DNA of 32,940 nt, from positions 1-32,940 of the forward strand of contig SHLU01000001.1 in the NCBI GenBank assembly GCA_004282995.1, in the 5' to 3' direction. Both the position numbers and the translations under genes were made by a program. Position 1 is the stretch's first letter, and every line of letters starts with the position of its first letter. The notes under the pieces were generated by a model. The model saw only the letters and a list, made by a program, of their open reading frames with translations, searched no databases and was not told where the DNA came from. Origin of the DNA: Sphingomonadaceae bacterium (GTDB lineage Bacteria; Pseudomonadota; Alphaproteobacteria; Sphingomonadales; Sphingomonadaceae). Of this stretch, positions 1-10,101 are shown piece after piece.

Positions 1-2176
1 GGCGTGGAGGCGGCGGTGGTGGTTGCGACTGCGCGGGGGAGATAATCCGCGGCCCGGGTGGACGAGGAGTGCTGCGCGGCTGGGGGGGCTCTCCTCCTGT
101 CGCCCGGTTGAGAAAATCGTCGCTGGCTGCCTGTGGACCACCATCGGCCGCCGACTCTGCCGGCTGACGCGGCCGCATCGCATCACCCGGTCGACTGGCT
201 TCGGAAGGCGCGTTGTCGCTCGGCCCTTCGATTCGGCCCGGCTCGATCAGATTGCCTTGCTCATCGATGTAGTAATAGTCTTCCGGGTCGCCGAAATAGA
301 ATTCGTCATCGGGCTCGAGCTGCCATTCCGGCAATTTTAGGTCGGTATCGAACTTTTCGGGCGGACGGTCTTTCACCGCATAGCGCATATAAGCGGCAAA
401 GGCCTCCGCCGGTGCACGACCGCCCTGCAAACCTGCGACGCGGGAATTGTCATCGCGCCCCATCCACACCCCGGTCGTGATGCCGCTTGAAAAGCCGACG
501 AAATAACCGTCCTTGTTTGAACTGGTGGTCCCCGTCTTGCCCGCGACCGGCCGTCCGATCTGGGCCGCGCGACCGGTGCCAGTTGCAACTGCGGCCTGCA
601 AAAGATCGGTCATGCCTGCCGCGACATAGTCCGGCACCAGTTGCACGCTGCGCGATCCTTCGTGCTTGTAGATCGTTTCTCCATCGGCGGTTGTCACCTT
701 GACGATGCCAAATGGTTCCACGCTCTTGCCCTTGGCAGAGACAGCTGCGAAGGCGCGCGTCATGTCGATCAGCCGCACCTCGTTCGACCCCAGAACCATC
801 GATGGATAGGTCGAAATCTCTGTGGTGATGCCGAACCGGCGAGCCATCGAGGCGACCGTGCCGAAGCCCACCTCATAACCGAGTTGCGCGGCGACGGTAT
901 TACGCGAAGTGGCAAAGGCCGTCCGCAGGTTCATTTCCCCGGCATAGCCGCCGCCCGAATTGCGCGGGCTCCAACCGTCGATGGTGGTCTCGGTATCGAC
1001 CACCCGGTCCTCGGGCGTGTAGCCGGCCTCGAGAGCAGCGAGATAGACAAACAGTTTCCACGATGAACCGGGCTGGCGCAGCGCGGTGGTGGCGCGATTG
1101 AAGCTGGTTTCGACGTAGTCGCTGCCGCCGACCAGGGCGAGCACCGCTCCGTCGCGGTCGAGGCTGACCAGTGCCCCCTGGGCACCGCCAGGCGCATTGG
1201 CCTCGATTGCCGCCTGTGCGGCCCGTTGCATCCCGACATCGATCGTCGTCCAGACCGTAATCGGTTCGAACGTTTCGGGCAGCAGGATGTCGAGCTGCGG
1301 CAGGGCCCAGTCGGTGAAATAACGCACCGAGTTCTGCCCCGCCTCCTGCTTTAGCTTGACCGCAGCGACATCGACCGAAGCCTCGCTGGCCGAGATCCGG
1401 CCCTGTTCGCGCATCAGCCGCAGCACAACCCTGGCGCGGTCAACCGCAGCATCGACATCGGCAGTCGGGGAATAACGGCTTGGAGCCTTGACGAGACCGG
1501 CAATGATCGCCGCTTCGGCAACACTCAAGTCGGTGCCGGGATGGCTGAAGAATTTGCGACTTGCACTATCGATGCCGTACGCGCCGCCGCCGAAATAGAC
1601 CTTGTTGAGATAAAGTTCGAGGATCTGTTCCTTGGAAAACTTAGTCTCGAGCGCCAGCGCCAGCACCGCCTCGCGCAGCTTGCGGTCGAGGGTGCGGTTG
1701 GAATTGAGGAAAATGTTGCGCGCGAGCTGCTGGGTAATGGTCGAGGTCGCGGAGATACGTCCATTGCCCGAGGCCGCATCCCATACCGCACGGACAAGAC
1801 CGTAGGGATCAATCCCGATATGCGATTGATAGCGCCGATCCTCGACCGCGATCATCGCATCTTTCATCACCGCCGGGATCTCGCGATGCGGAATCCACTG
1901 GCCGAAACTGGGGCCGAGCTCGAGAATTTCGCTGCCGTCGCGAGCACGCACGACGATTGTCTGCGCGGTCTGAGTTGCCTTCAACTGGCTGAAACTGGGT
2001 AACGATCGGGCCGCGAATAACACCGCAAGGGCGACGAACAGCGCGGCAAGTATGGCCGATGCACCGCCCCATAGGACAATCCGCTTCACCACCCGGCGAA
2101 ACCGGCTTGGCGGATTGGCGGCGGCGTGCCTTCTTGCCTTTTGCGCCGCTTTGCGGCGGCTGCCTCTCTTGGCCAT
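1..2176 (-). CDS. Class A penicillin-binding protein (PBP1A family, transglycosylase + transpeptidase); C-terminus runs off the left edge
   Basis: Manual translation from ATG at 2176 (MAKRGSRRK...): basic N-terminus, one TM helix, GT51 motifs EDRRY, STITQQLARN, RKLRE, YLNKVYFG; transpeptidase motifs SSWK (SxxK), SRN (SxN), KTGT; Pro-rich tail. No stop in the window, which is why the ORF track omits it. Confidence 0.95.
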   Translation of the reverse strand, partial: MAKRGSRRKAAQKARRHAAANPPSRFRRVVKRIVLWGGASAILAALFVALAVLFAARSLPSFSQLKATQTAQTIVVRARDGSEILELGPSFGQWIPHREIPAVMKDAMIAVEDRRYQSHIGIDPYGLVRAVWDAASGNGRISATSTITQQLARNIFLNSNRTLDRKLREAVLALALETKFSKEQILELYLNKVYFGGGAYGIDSASRKFFSHPGTDLSVAEAAIIAGLVKAPSRYSPTADVDAAVDRARVVLRLMREQGRISASEASVDVAAVKLKQEAGQNSVRYFTDWALPQLDILLPETFEPITVWTTIDVGMQRAAQAAIEANAPGGAQGALVSLDRDGAVLALVGGSDYVETSFNRATTALRQPGSSWKLFVYLAALEAGYTPEDRVVDTETTIDGWSPRNSGGGYAGEMNLRTAFATSRNTVAAQLGYEVGFGTVASMARRFGITTEISTYPSMVLGSNEVRLIDMTRAFAAVSAKGKSVEPFGIVKVTTADGETIYKHEGSRSVQLVPDYVAAGMTDLLQAAVATGTGRAAQIGRPVAGKTGTTSSNKDGYFVGFSSGITTGVWMGRDDNSRVAGLQGGRAPAEAFAAYMRYAVKDRPPEKFDTDLKLPEWQLEPDDEFYFGDPEDYYYIDEQGNLIEPGRIEGPSDNAPSEASRPGDAMRPRQPAESAADGGPQAASDDFLNRATGGEPPQPRSTPRPPGPRIISPAQSQPPPPPPR

Positions 2177-2262
2177 GCGGTTACGCTATCCCGTCACGCA
2201 TGCGGCGCGCATGCAATTGCGATACATCCTGCATAGGCGATGCGTAACGTGCCGTGAACGGT

Positions 2263-2682
2263 CTATTCGCCTTTGTTGTCAGTTGTATCACCCGAGAATT
2301 CGAGCGCTGCGCTGTTGATGCAGTAGCGCAGACCACCCTGGTCGACCGGCCCATCGGGAAACACATGGCCGAGATGTCCATCGCATTTGGCACAGGTGAC
2401 CTCGGTGCGGATCATGCCATGCGTGGTGTCCCGGTGCTCGGCCACGGCATCGCCCATAGATGGCCTGGTGAAGGCCGGCCAGCCGCACCCACTGCTGTAT
2501 TTTGCATCGCTCGCAAACAACTTCTGGCCGCAACCGGCGCAGACATATTCACCCTGCTCGAAGAACTCGTCATATTCCCCGCTGAAGGGGCGCTCGGTGC
2601 CCTTCTCGCGCAGAACGTGATATTGCTGGGGGGTCAGTTCCTCGCTCCATTCGCGTTCGGACTTGTGTTTGGGATCGGCCAT
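2263..2682 (-). CDS. msrB: Peptide-methionine (R)-S-oxide reductase
   Basis: GTERPFSG, CxxC pairs (CAGC, CAKC), [23 protein letters not shown] motifs. Confidence 0.97.
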   Translation of the reverse strand: MADPKHKSEREWSEELTPQQYHVLREKGTERPFSGEYDEFFEQGEYVCAGCGQKLFASDAKYSSGCGWPAFTRPSMGDAVAEHRDTTHGMIRTEVTCAKCDGHLGHVFPDGPVDQGGLRYCINSAALEFSGDTTDNKGE

Positions 2683-2741
2683 CGAGCAACTCCTTCACGA
2701 AGGATATGGTGAGCGACCGCGCCCGCCTCAAGCACCGATGA

Positions 2742-3413
2742 TCAGGCGTCGAGCATGGCGTAGTGCGTCGGCGGCTGGATCACTTCCATGCGTTCGCTCA
2801 ACAGCGGGCCAAAGCTGGGCCGGCTCTTGAAGGCCGTGTACCAGTCACGGGTCTGCTCGTGCCCTTTCCAGTCGATCCCCCCGAGATAGTCGGCGACCGA
2901 GATTTGCGCCGCAGCGGCGAGATCGGCCAGGCTCATCTGCGGTCCGGCAAGCCACGGCCGCGTGTCGATCAGATAATCGATATAGTCGAGATGTCCGTGT
3001 GCGAACTTCATCGCTTCGCGCAGCGCCCGACTGTCAGGCGGCTGGCGCAGGATAAGGCGCTTCTTCATCCGTTCGTGCAGCAGCGGCAAGGTAACATCGC
3101 CAAAGAAATTCTCGTCGAACAATGCGACCAGCCGGCGGATTTCCGCACGGTTGGTGGCGGTTCCGTTGATCATTGGCGACTTGTCGACCGTTTCCTCGAA
3201 ATACTCGCAGATCGCGCGGCTGTCAGCGAGCGATATGCGGCGCTCCGGATCGTGAAGAACCGGGGTGCGCCCAGCCGGGTTCATGGCCCAGAATTCATCG
3301 TCGGCCGCCCACGGATCGGCCCGCCACAATTCGTAGCCGACACCCTTTTCGCTCAGCAGCAGGCGGACCTTGCGGCTGAACGGGCAGAGCGGAAATTGGT
3401 AGAGGCGCCACAT
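2742..3413 (-). CDS. Glutathione S-transferase family protein, FzlA-like (FtsZ-binding)
   Basis: N-terminal CPFSRKVR, NPAGRTPVL, DSRAICEY; C-terminal WY..FKSRPSF.PLL...PP.HY..LD resembles alphaproteobacterial FzlA. Start 3413 preferred; 3422 possible. Confidence 0.8.
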   Translation of the reverse strand: MWRLYQFPLCPFSRKVRLLLSEKGVGYELWRADPWAADDEFWAMNPAGRTPVLHDPERRISLADSRAICEYFEETVDKSPMINGTATNRAEIRRLVALFDENFFGDVTLPLLHERMKKRLILRQPPDSRALREAMKFAHGHLDYIDYLIDTRPWLAGPQMSLADLAAAAQISVADYLGGIDWKGHEQTRDWYTAFKSRPSFGPLLSERMEVIQPPTHYAMLDA

Positions 3414-3464
3414 GGAAAACATCTTTGCCGCAATGCAGGCTCCGCGTCCATATGGCGCATTGGC

Positions 3465-3902
3465 TTATCGGACGGAATAGTCACCATCTTCGATAGCGGT
3501 GCCCATCTGGGCTGCCATGTCGCGCAAGGCCGGCAGCATCGCCGCCAGGGCTCCGCTCATCCCGGCCATCCTGTCCATCGCCTGCGGCACTTCCCGGCGG
3601 ATGTCCTGCGGCAGGAATTCCGCTTCCGGAGCAAGGTCGCGCACGGTCTGGTCGGGATCGATGTCATCAATGGGTTCGCCGGCGATTTCCGCCATCGCTT
3701 CGGCCAGCGGCGCTACCTTGAGGTTAAGCAGAACCTGCGACATCGCCGCCAACATCTCGCCGGCCTGCGCCTGGATTGCCGGATTGCGTAATGTCTCGAC
3801 CATCGCGCCGAGTTCTGCGTCGGATTCATTGGTAGTCTGGGCCAGGAGGGGCGCGGGAACGGCGAGCGACAAGGCGGCACCGATGGCTAATATGGGTCGC
3901 AT
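3465..3902 (-). CDS. Hypothetical exported helical protein
   Basis: ATG at 3902 preceded by GAGGAAAG; signal peptide MRPILAIGAALSLAVPAPLLA-Q; Ala/Met-rich acidic body. Confidence 0.75.
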   Translation of the reverse strand: MRPILAIGAALSLAVPAPLLAQTTNESDAELGAMVETLRNPAIQAQAGEMLAAMSQVLLNLKVAPLAEAMAEIAGEPIDDIDPDQTVRDLAPEAEFLPQDIRREVPQAMDRMAGMSGALAAMLPALRDMAAQMGTAIEDGDYSVR

Positions 3903-3975
3903 GGGCTTTCCTCGGTTAGAAGAAGACGTGCCCACCTCCTAGTTCATATGCGGTGACCCGAAGCTGAACGATTGG

Positions 3976-4323
3976 TCAGAAACCCGAGGCATCGAGCAAC
4001 AACAGGCAGCCAGGCATGACGTCGGCGATTGTGTCTTCGTCTCTCAATGTCTGCGCTTCAGACGACAGGACGGCGCTAATTTGCTCACGGGTCAGGCCGG
4101 CCTCTTCCATCGTCTGGGCGCTTGCGCGCACGAAGAACTCCTTCCCGCGCCTAGAGAGAACAGGATAGGCGAGCGCCTCGCTGTTGCCGTCTTCCTGCCT
4201 GCCGGCCACGATGGCAAAAGCAGCAGCACAGCGCATGCTCGTGAGCTGTTGCAGCGATAATTCCGGTTCGGCGGAAGCTTGCGCGGTGAAAACCAGGGTC
4301 GAAGCAATCAGGGCAGTAATCAT
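3976..4323 (-). CDS. Hypothetical exported protein with two Cys
   Basis: Signal-like N-terminus (...TAQASA-E), RCAAAF near the start and GC near the end; fills the gap, co-oriented with the downstream gene. Confidence 0.7.
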   Translation of the reverse strand: MITALIASTLVFTAQASAEPELSLQQLTSMRCAAAFAIVAGRQEDGNSEALAYPVLSRRGKEFFVRASAQTMEEAGLTREQISAVLSSEAQTLRDEDTIADVMPGCLLLLDASGF

Positions 4324-4454
4324 GGCCGAGCCCTATAACCGACAAGCTGAACCAATGCTGCCCTTTCTTCAGGATCGGCGAATTCCGGCCGCAAGCCTTT
4401 ACCGAATCGCATCCTATCCCCACACAGATGCCAACAGAATCAAAGGACCCCCAG

Positions 4455-5885
4455 ATGAGCGATTACCCCCAATTGAGCCTGCTGATCGGCGGAGAAACCA
4501 TCACTTCGGGCCGGGAGACTGTCGACGTGCTCGACCCGGCAAGTGGCGAAGCTTTCGCGGCCCTGCCCCGCGCCACCAGCGCCGATCTCGACACAGCGCT
4601 CGGCCATGCGGAAGCAGGCTTTGCCAAGTGGCGCGCAACTTCAGCGGACGAACGCGAGGCCATTCTGCGCAAAGCTGCGGGCCTGATCCGCGAGCGCGCC
4701 AAGGATATCGGCGCGGCGATCACCCGCGAGCAAGGCAAGCCGGTCAAGGAAGCGATCGGCGAGACGATCTATTGTGCCATGTTGCTCGAATTCTATGCGG
4801 GTGAGTGCAAGCGCAACTATGGCCGCACGCTGGTACGTCCGGATGGCCAGCGGGCCGAGGTCCGGCATGAACCCGTCGGGCCGATAGCGGGCTTCAGCGC
4901 GTGGAACTTCCCGGCATTGAATGTGATGCGCAAGATTGGCGGAGCATTGGCAGCGGGCTGCTCGGTCATCGTCAAGCCGAGCGAGGAGACGCCGGCCGGC
5001 GGACTGGCGATGGTCCAGGCCATGCTCGATGCGGGCGTGCCGGGCGAAGCCTGCCAGGCGGTATTCGGCGTGCCCGACGAAATCAGCCGCCACCTGCTGG
5101 GATCGCCGATCATCCGCAAGATGACTTTCACCGGCTCGACCGCCGTTGGCAAACACCTGGCTGCGCTGGCGGCCGAGAACCTGCAGCGCGCAACACTCGA
5201 ACTTGGCGGTCACGGCCCGGTGCTGGTGTTCGAGGATGCCGATATCGACAAGGCGCTCGACACCATGGCGGCAAACAAGTTTCGCAATGCCGGCCAGGTT
5301 TGTGTCAGCCCGACCCGCTTCCTGGTCGAAGAAGGCGTGTTCGAACGCTTCCGTGACGGCTTTGTCGAGCGTGCGAAAGCCATCACGGTCGGCAATGGCA
5401 TGGACAAGGAAACCCAGATGGGGCCGATGGCGAGCGAGCGCGGTCCCGACGGTATCCAGGCCAAGGTCGCTGATGCCAGGGACAAGGGCGGCAGGCTGCT
5501 GGCCGGTGGCGAGCGGATCGGCAACCAGGGCTTCTTTCACCAGCCAACGGTGCTTGCCGAAGTGCCGATCGACGCCGAGATCATGAACGAGGAGCCGTTC
5601 GGCCCCGTCGCCATCATCAACCCGATGCCGGGATATGATGCGATGATCAAAGAAGCCAACCGCCTGCCTTACGGGCTTGCCGCCTATGCCTGGACGCAGA
5701 ACGCTGGCAAGCGCGCGCGGCTCGCCAGCGAGATCGAGAGCGGGATGATCGCCATCAATGGCGGCGGCGTCAGCGCGGTCGACGCTCCGTTCGGCGGGGT
5801 CAAATGGTCGGGCTATGGCCTTGAGGACGGCGCAGAAGGCGTTGCCGCCTGCATGGTCTCCAAGACCGTCCACGAAACTTTCTGA
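4455..5885 (+). CDS. gabD: NAD-dependent succinate-semialdehyde dehydrogenase family aldehyde dehydrogenase
   Basis: [29 protein letters not shown] (catalytic Cys), [15 protein letters not shown]; AAGGA upstream of ATG 4455. Substrate is inferred. Confidence 0.85.
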   Translation: MSDYPQLSLLIGGETITSGRETVDVLDPASGEAFAALPRATSADLDTALGHAEAGFAKWRATSADEREAILRKAAGLIRERAKDIGAAITREQGKPVKEAIGETIYCAMLLEFYAGECKRNYGRTLVRPDGQRAEVRHEPVGPIAGFSAWNFPALNVMRKIGGALAAGCSVIVKPSEETPAGGLAMVQAMLDAGVPGEACQAVFGVPDEISRHLLGSPIIRKMTFTGSTAVGKHLAALAAENLQRATLELGGHGPVLVFEDADIDKALDTMAANKFRNAGQVCVSPTRFLVEEGVFERFRDGFVERAKAITVGNGMDKETQMGPMASERGPDGIQAKVADARDKGGRLLAGGERIGNQGFFHQPTVLAEVPIDAEIMNEEPFGPVAIINPMPGYDAMIKEANRLPYGLAAYAWTQNAGKRARLASEIESGMIAINGGGVSAVDAPFGGVKWSGYGLEDGAEGVAACMVSKTVHETF

Positions 5886-5899
5886 AGGGGTCGCAAGCA

Positions 5900-7006
5900 A
5901 TGAAGACTCGCGCCGCCGTCGCATTCGAAGCCAAACAACCGCTCGAAATCGTCGAACTTGATCTTGAAGGTCCAAAGACCGGCGAAGTGCTCGTCGAAAT
6001 CATGGCGACCGGCATCTGCCACACCGACGCCTACACGCTCGACGGACTCGATTCGGAGGGAATATTCCCCTCGGTCCTGGGTCACGAGGGCTGCGGCGTT
6101 GTGCGCGAAGTGGGCGCCGGGGTGACTTCAGTTGTGCCGGGCGATCATGTGATCCCGCTCTACACGCCCGAATGTCGCCAGTGCAAAATGTGCCTCTCGG
6201 GCAAGACCAATCTGTGCAGCGCCATCCGTGCCACACAGGGGCAGGGATTGATGCCCGACGGAACCAGCCGGTTCTCCTACAAGGGCGAGACGATCTATCA
6301 CTACATGGGCTGCTCGACCTTCTCCAACTTCACGGTTTTGCCCGAAATCGCTGTCGCCAAGATTCGCGAAGACGCGCCGTTCGATACCACCTGCTACGTC
6401 GGCTGCGGAGTGACCACGGGGGTCGGCGCAGCACTCAACACCGCCAAGGTCCAGCCGGGCGACAATGTCGTTGTCTTTGGCCTCGGCGGGATCGGTCTCA
6501 ATGTCCTGCAAGGCGCGAAGATGGCCGGGGCCGACCGCATCGTCGGGGTCGACATCAATCCGTCCAAGGAGGAATGGGGCCGCAAGTTCGGCATGACCGA
6601 TTTCGTCAATCCGAAAGAGACCAGCGACGTCGTGGGGTATCTCGTTGAATTGCTCGATGGCGGGGCCGATTACAGCTTTGACTGCACCGGCAACACCGAC
6701 GTCATGCGTCAGGCGCTCGAATGCTGCCACAAGGGTTGGGGCACCTCCATCATCATCGGCGTGGCCGAGGCGGGCAAGGAGATCTCGACCCGTCCTTTCC
6801 AGCTGGTGACCGGGCGCAACTGGCGCGGGACCGCCTTTGGAGGGGCCAAGGGACGAACAGACGTTCCGAAGATCGTCGACTGGTACATGAACGGCAAGAT
6901 CGCCATCGATCCGATGATTACCCACCGCCTCTCGCTCGACGAGATCAACAAGGGCTTCGACTTGATGCATTCCGGTGAGAGCATCCGCGCCGTGGTGGTT
7001 TACTGA
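5900..7006 (+). CDS. frmA: S-(hydroxymethyl)glutathione dehydrogenase / class III alcohol dehydrogenase
   Basis: [13 protein letters not shown], structural Zn CRQCKMC...[25 protein letters not shown]. Confidence 0.97.
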   Translation: MKTRAAVAFEAKQPLEIVELDLEGPKTGEVLVEIMATGICHTDAYTLDGLDSEGIFPSVLGHEGCGVVREVGAGVTSVVPGDHVIPLYTPECRQCKMCLSGKTNLCSAIRATQGQGLMPDGTSRFSYKGETIYHYMGCSTFSNFTVLPEIAVAKIREDAPFDTTCYVGCGVTTGVGAALNTAKVQPGDNVVVFGLGGIGLNVLQGAKMAGADRIVGVDINPSKEEWGRKFGMTDFVNPKETSDVVGYLVELLDGGADYSFDCTGNTDVMRQALECCHKGWGTSIIIGVAEAGKEISTRPFQLVTGRNWRGTAFGGAKGRTDVPKIVDWYMNGKIAIDPMITHRLSLDEINKGFDLMHSGESIRAVVVY

Positions 7007-7077
7007 TCCCAAGCGGCTTGACCGCACGACAGCATAAGGACAGGTAGCAAAACGCAACCCTAAGAGGAGAGATGAAG

Positions 7078-7458
7078 ATGTTCAGTCACGTGATGCTGGG
7101 AGCCGACGATATCGACGCCGCAAAGAAATTCTACGATGCCACCTTCAAGGCGCTTGGCGGGCGCGAAGCCACGGTCGATCCCAAAGGGCGGCTTATCTAC
7201 ATTCACAATGGCGGCGTTTTTCTTGTCTCCAAACCGATTGACGGCAAGCCGGCGACCTGCGCCAATGGCGGCACCATCGGCTTTGCTGTCGAAAGCGAGG
7301 AGCAGGGCCAGGCCTGGCACGACGCTGGCGTCGCCAACGGCGGCACCGCTATCGAAGACCCGCCCGGTATCCGCGAAAGCGAGATCGGCAAGATGTATCT
7401 GGCCTATCTGCGCGATCCGGCTGGCAACAAGATCTGCGTCATGAAACGCATGGGCTGA
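7078..7458 (+). CDS. VOC (glyoxalase/bleomycin-resistance fold) protein
   Basis: MFSHVMLG..D...A..FYD, NGGTIGF, YLAYLRDPAGNKIC; AGGAG 8 nt upstream of ATG 7078 (7072 is the alternative start). Confidence 0.88.
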   Translation: MFSHVMLGADDIDAAKKFYDATFKALGGREATVDPKGRLIYIHNGGVFLVSKPIDGKPATCANGGTIGFAVESEEQGQAWHDAGVANGGTAIEDPPGIRESEIGKMYLAYLRDPAGNKICVMKRMG

Positions 7459-7469
7459 CGTCGCATCCT

Positions 7470-8306
7470 ATGGAAGTACTGAGTGAAAACCAGAGCTTCG
7501 GCGGAGTGCAGGGAGTTTACTCCCACGCCTCCGCCGAAACCGGTACGGAGATGACATTCTCGGTCTACCTGCCGCCGCAGGCGCGGGACGGGGCGGTGCC
7601 GGTGCTGTGGTATTTGTCAGGCCTCACTTGCACTCATGCCAATGTCACCGAGAAGGGCGAATTTCGAGCGGCCTGCGCGAATGCCGGGATCGCCTTCATC
7701 GCGCCCGACACTTCGCCGCGCGGCGACGAAGTACCTGATGCCGATAGCGAATATGACTTCGGCAAGGGCGCAGGCTTCTATGTTGATGCAACGCGTGAGC
7801 CATGGCGCAAGAACTACCGGATGCGCAGCTATATCGAGCGCGAATTGCCAAAGCTGGTCGCTGCCAAGTTTCCGGTCGATATCGAACGGCAATCGATCTC
7901 CGGACATTCGATGGGCGGGCACGGAGCGCTTACCATCGGCTTGCGGAATCCCGGACGTTTTCGCGCCATCAGCGCCTTTAGCCCGATCGTCGCGCCGAGC
8001 CATGTGCCGTGGGGCGACAAGGCACTGGGCCGCTTTCTCGGCGAAGATCGCAGTAGCTGGCGCGAATATGATGCTGTGGCGCTGATCGAAGACGGCGCCC
8101 GCCACGAGCATATCCTTGTCGACCAGGGCACCGCCGACGATTTCCTGCACGAACAACTCAAAACCGGCCTGCTAGCTCTCGCCGCAAAAAAAGCCGGGAT
8201 GAATGCGACGATCCGGATGCAGGAGGGCTACGACCACTCCTATTACTTCATTTCGACCTTCATGGCCGAGCATGTCGCGTGGCACGCAGAGCGGCTCGCC
8301 AATTAG
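7470..8306 (+). CDS. fghA: S-formylglutathione hydrolase
   Basis: LSGLTC, PDTSPRG, GAGFYVDAT, GHSMGGHGA nucleophile elbow, DQG..D, GYDHSYYFI. Confidence 0.97.
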   Translation: MEVLSENQSFGGVQGVYSHASAETGTEMTFSVYLPPQARDGAVPVLWYLSGLTCTHANVTEKGEFRAACANAGIAFIAPDTSPRGDEVPDADSEYDFGKGAGFYVDATREPWRKNYRMRSYIERELPKLVAAKFPVDIERQSISGHSMGGHGALTIGLRNPGRFRAISAFSPIVAPSHVPWGDKALGRFLGEDRSSWREYDAVALIEDGARHEHILVDQGTADDFLHEQLKTGLLALAAKKAGMNATIRMQEGYDHSYYFISTFMAEHVAWHAERLAN

Positions 8307-8896
8307 CCGCTGACTTCGAACAAAGCGTATTCCGCACGCCAGTTTGCTTGGCGGGGCGCGATCTCGCGCTCGCGGGTGAAGAACCAGCGGTTTTCGACGG
8401 CAATTCCCAGCCCCGCAGCCAGTTCTTCGAAATCCTTGACCGTGACGTGGTGGATATTGGCGGTTTCGTACCAGCTGACCGGCAGGTGGCGGGTTACCGG
8501 CATTCGGCCGCTGCTCGCCAGTGCCCAGCGCATCCGCCAGTAGGCAAAATTGGGGAAACTGACGAAGGCGCGGCGGCCCACGCGCAGCAATTCTGACAGC
8601 ATGTGATCGGGCCGCGCCGCTGTCTGCAGGGTCTGGCTAAGGATCGCGTAGTCGAACGTCCCGTCAGGATAAAAGGCAAGGTCGCGGTCGGCATCGCCCT
8701 GCACCACGCTCAGCCCCCGCGCGACACAGGCGGCGACGCAGCCCCCGTCGATCTCGATCCCGCGCGCATCGACCCCCTTCTGATCGCGCAAGGCAGCCAT
8801 CAGCGCCCCGTCGCCGCACCCAACGTCGAGGGCGCGGGTGCCCGGCTCCACCCGCTCGAGGATCGCGGCAAGGTCTGGGCGAAGCGGTTCAGCCAT
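8303..8896 (-). CDS. metW: Methionine biosynthesis protein MetW
   Basis: [16 protein letters not shown] motif, LSQTLQ, VSFPNF, WYET.NIH; overlaps the end of metX. Confidence 0.95.
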   Translation of the reverse strand: MAEPLRPDLAAILERVEPGTRALDVGCGDGALMAALRDQKGVDARGIEIDGGCVAACVARGLSVVQGDADRDLAFYPDGTFDYAILSQTLQTAARPDHMLSELLRVGRRAFVSFPNFAYWRMRWALASSGRMPVTRHLPVSWYETANIHHVTVKDFEELAAGLGIAVENRWFFTREREIAPRQANWRAEYALFEVSG

Positions 8897-9998
8897 CGAG
8901 AAAACCTTTCACCACCCGATCAAGTGCGGGCACGTCGAGCAGGAAGCTGTCGTGGCCATAGGGCGCGGCAAGTTCGACGAAGCTGACGGGTGCCCCGACC
9001 GCATTGAGTGCATGGACTACATGCCGGCTTTCCGCGGTGGGATAGAGCCAATCAGTGTCGAAGCTGACGAGGCAGAAGCGTGATGAGTTCCCCTTGAATG
9101 CTTCCGCGAGCAGCCCCCCATGCTCTTCCGCCAGATCGAAATAGTCCATCGCGCGAGTGATATAGAGATAGCTGTTGGCATCGAAGCGGCGGGTGAACCC
9201 GCTGCCCTGGTAGCGCAAATAGCTCTCGACCTGGAAATCGGCATCGAAACCGAAGGTGCGGGCACCGGGCGTACCATCGGGGCGATCCTGTAGCCGCCGT
9301 CCGAATTTCTCGGTCAACCCTTCTTCGGAGAGATAGGTGATATGCGCGGCCATGCGCGCCACCGCGAGGCCGGCATCGGGTGCGTTCGCTCCGCCATAAT
9401 AGTTGCCGCCCTGCCAGTTGGGATCGGCCATGATCGCCTGCCGGCCAAGTTCATGAAAAGCGATGTTCTGGGCCGAGTGGCGGCTGGTTGTCGCAATCGC
9501 CAGAACCCGCTCGGCGCAGTCGGGAAAATTGGCGGCGAGGCTGAGCGCCTGCATCCCGCCCATCGATCCCCCCACCACCGTATGCAATCGCTCGATCCCC
9601 AGCGCATCCAGCAGCGCTACCGTCGCGCGCACCATGTCGCGAATGGTGATGACCGGGAAACGCATGGCATAGGGCGCGCCATCGGGGGACGCGCTGCCCG
9701 GCCCGGTTGAACCCAGGCAACTGCCGATGACGTTGGGGCAAATGACCTGAAAGCGCGCAATATCGATCGGCTTGCCCGGGCCGACCATACGTTCCCACCA
9801 GCCAGGCTTGCCGGTAACAGGATGCTGCGAGGCGACATATTGATCGCCAGTCAGCGCATGGCACACCAGCACTGCGTTGGACCGATCCGGGTTCAACTCG
9901 CCATAGGTCGCAAAAGCGATCTCAACGCCGTCCAGCGACTGTCCGCTATCGAGCGGCAGCGGGTCTGGAAGCGCAAGGGTTTGGGGCGTGTGAGACAC
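8889..9998 (-). CDS. metX: Homoserine O-acyltransferase (MetX family)
   Basis: [44 protein letters not shown]; GTG start. Acetyl versus succinyl specificity not determined. Confidence 0.95.
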   Translation of the reverse strand: MSHTPQTLALPDPLPLDSGQSLDGVEIAFATYGELNPDRSNAVLVCHALTGDQYVASQHPVTGKPGWWERMVGPGKPIDIARFQVICPNVIGSCLGSTGPGSASPDGAPYAMRFPVITIRDMVRATVALLDALGIERLHTVVGGSMGGMQALSLAANFPDCAERVLAIATTSRHSAQNIAFHELGRQAIMADPNWQGGNYYGGANAPDAGLAVARMAAHITYLSEEGLTEKFGRRLQDRPDGTPGARTFGFDADFQVESYLRYQGSGFTRRFDANSYLYITRAMDYFDLAEEHGGLLAEAFKGNSSRFCLVSFDTDWLYPTAESRHVVHALNAVGAPVSFVELAAPYGHDSFLLDVPALDRVVKGFLDG

Positions 9999-10101
9999 TT
10001 GAGATATTGCCGTAAGAGGAAGGGGAAAGATTTTCTCGTCTCTTACCGCGTCGCCTAGCGCTTGTCGAAGGGCGGTATTTCTTTAAGGCCCCATAGCCGA
10101 G

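Noticed and set aside
23-2318. Short ORFs listed across the first 2.3 kb
   Set aside because: All overlap the continuous minus-strand PBP1A reading frame or its flank and have no independent support.
9999-10101. SAM-II riboswitch upstream of metX
   Set aside because: The conserved SAM-II elements (GATTT...GCTAAA pseudoknot) are not visible on the minus strand.
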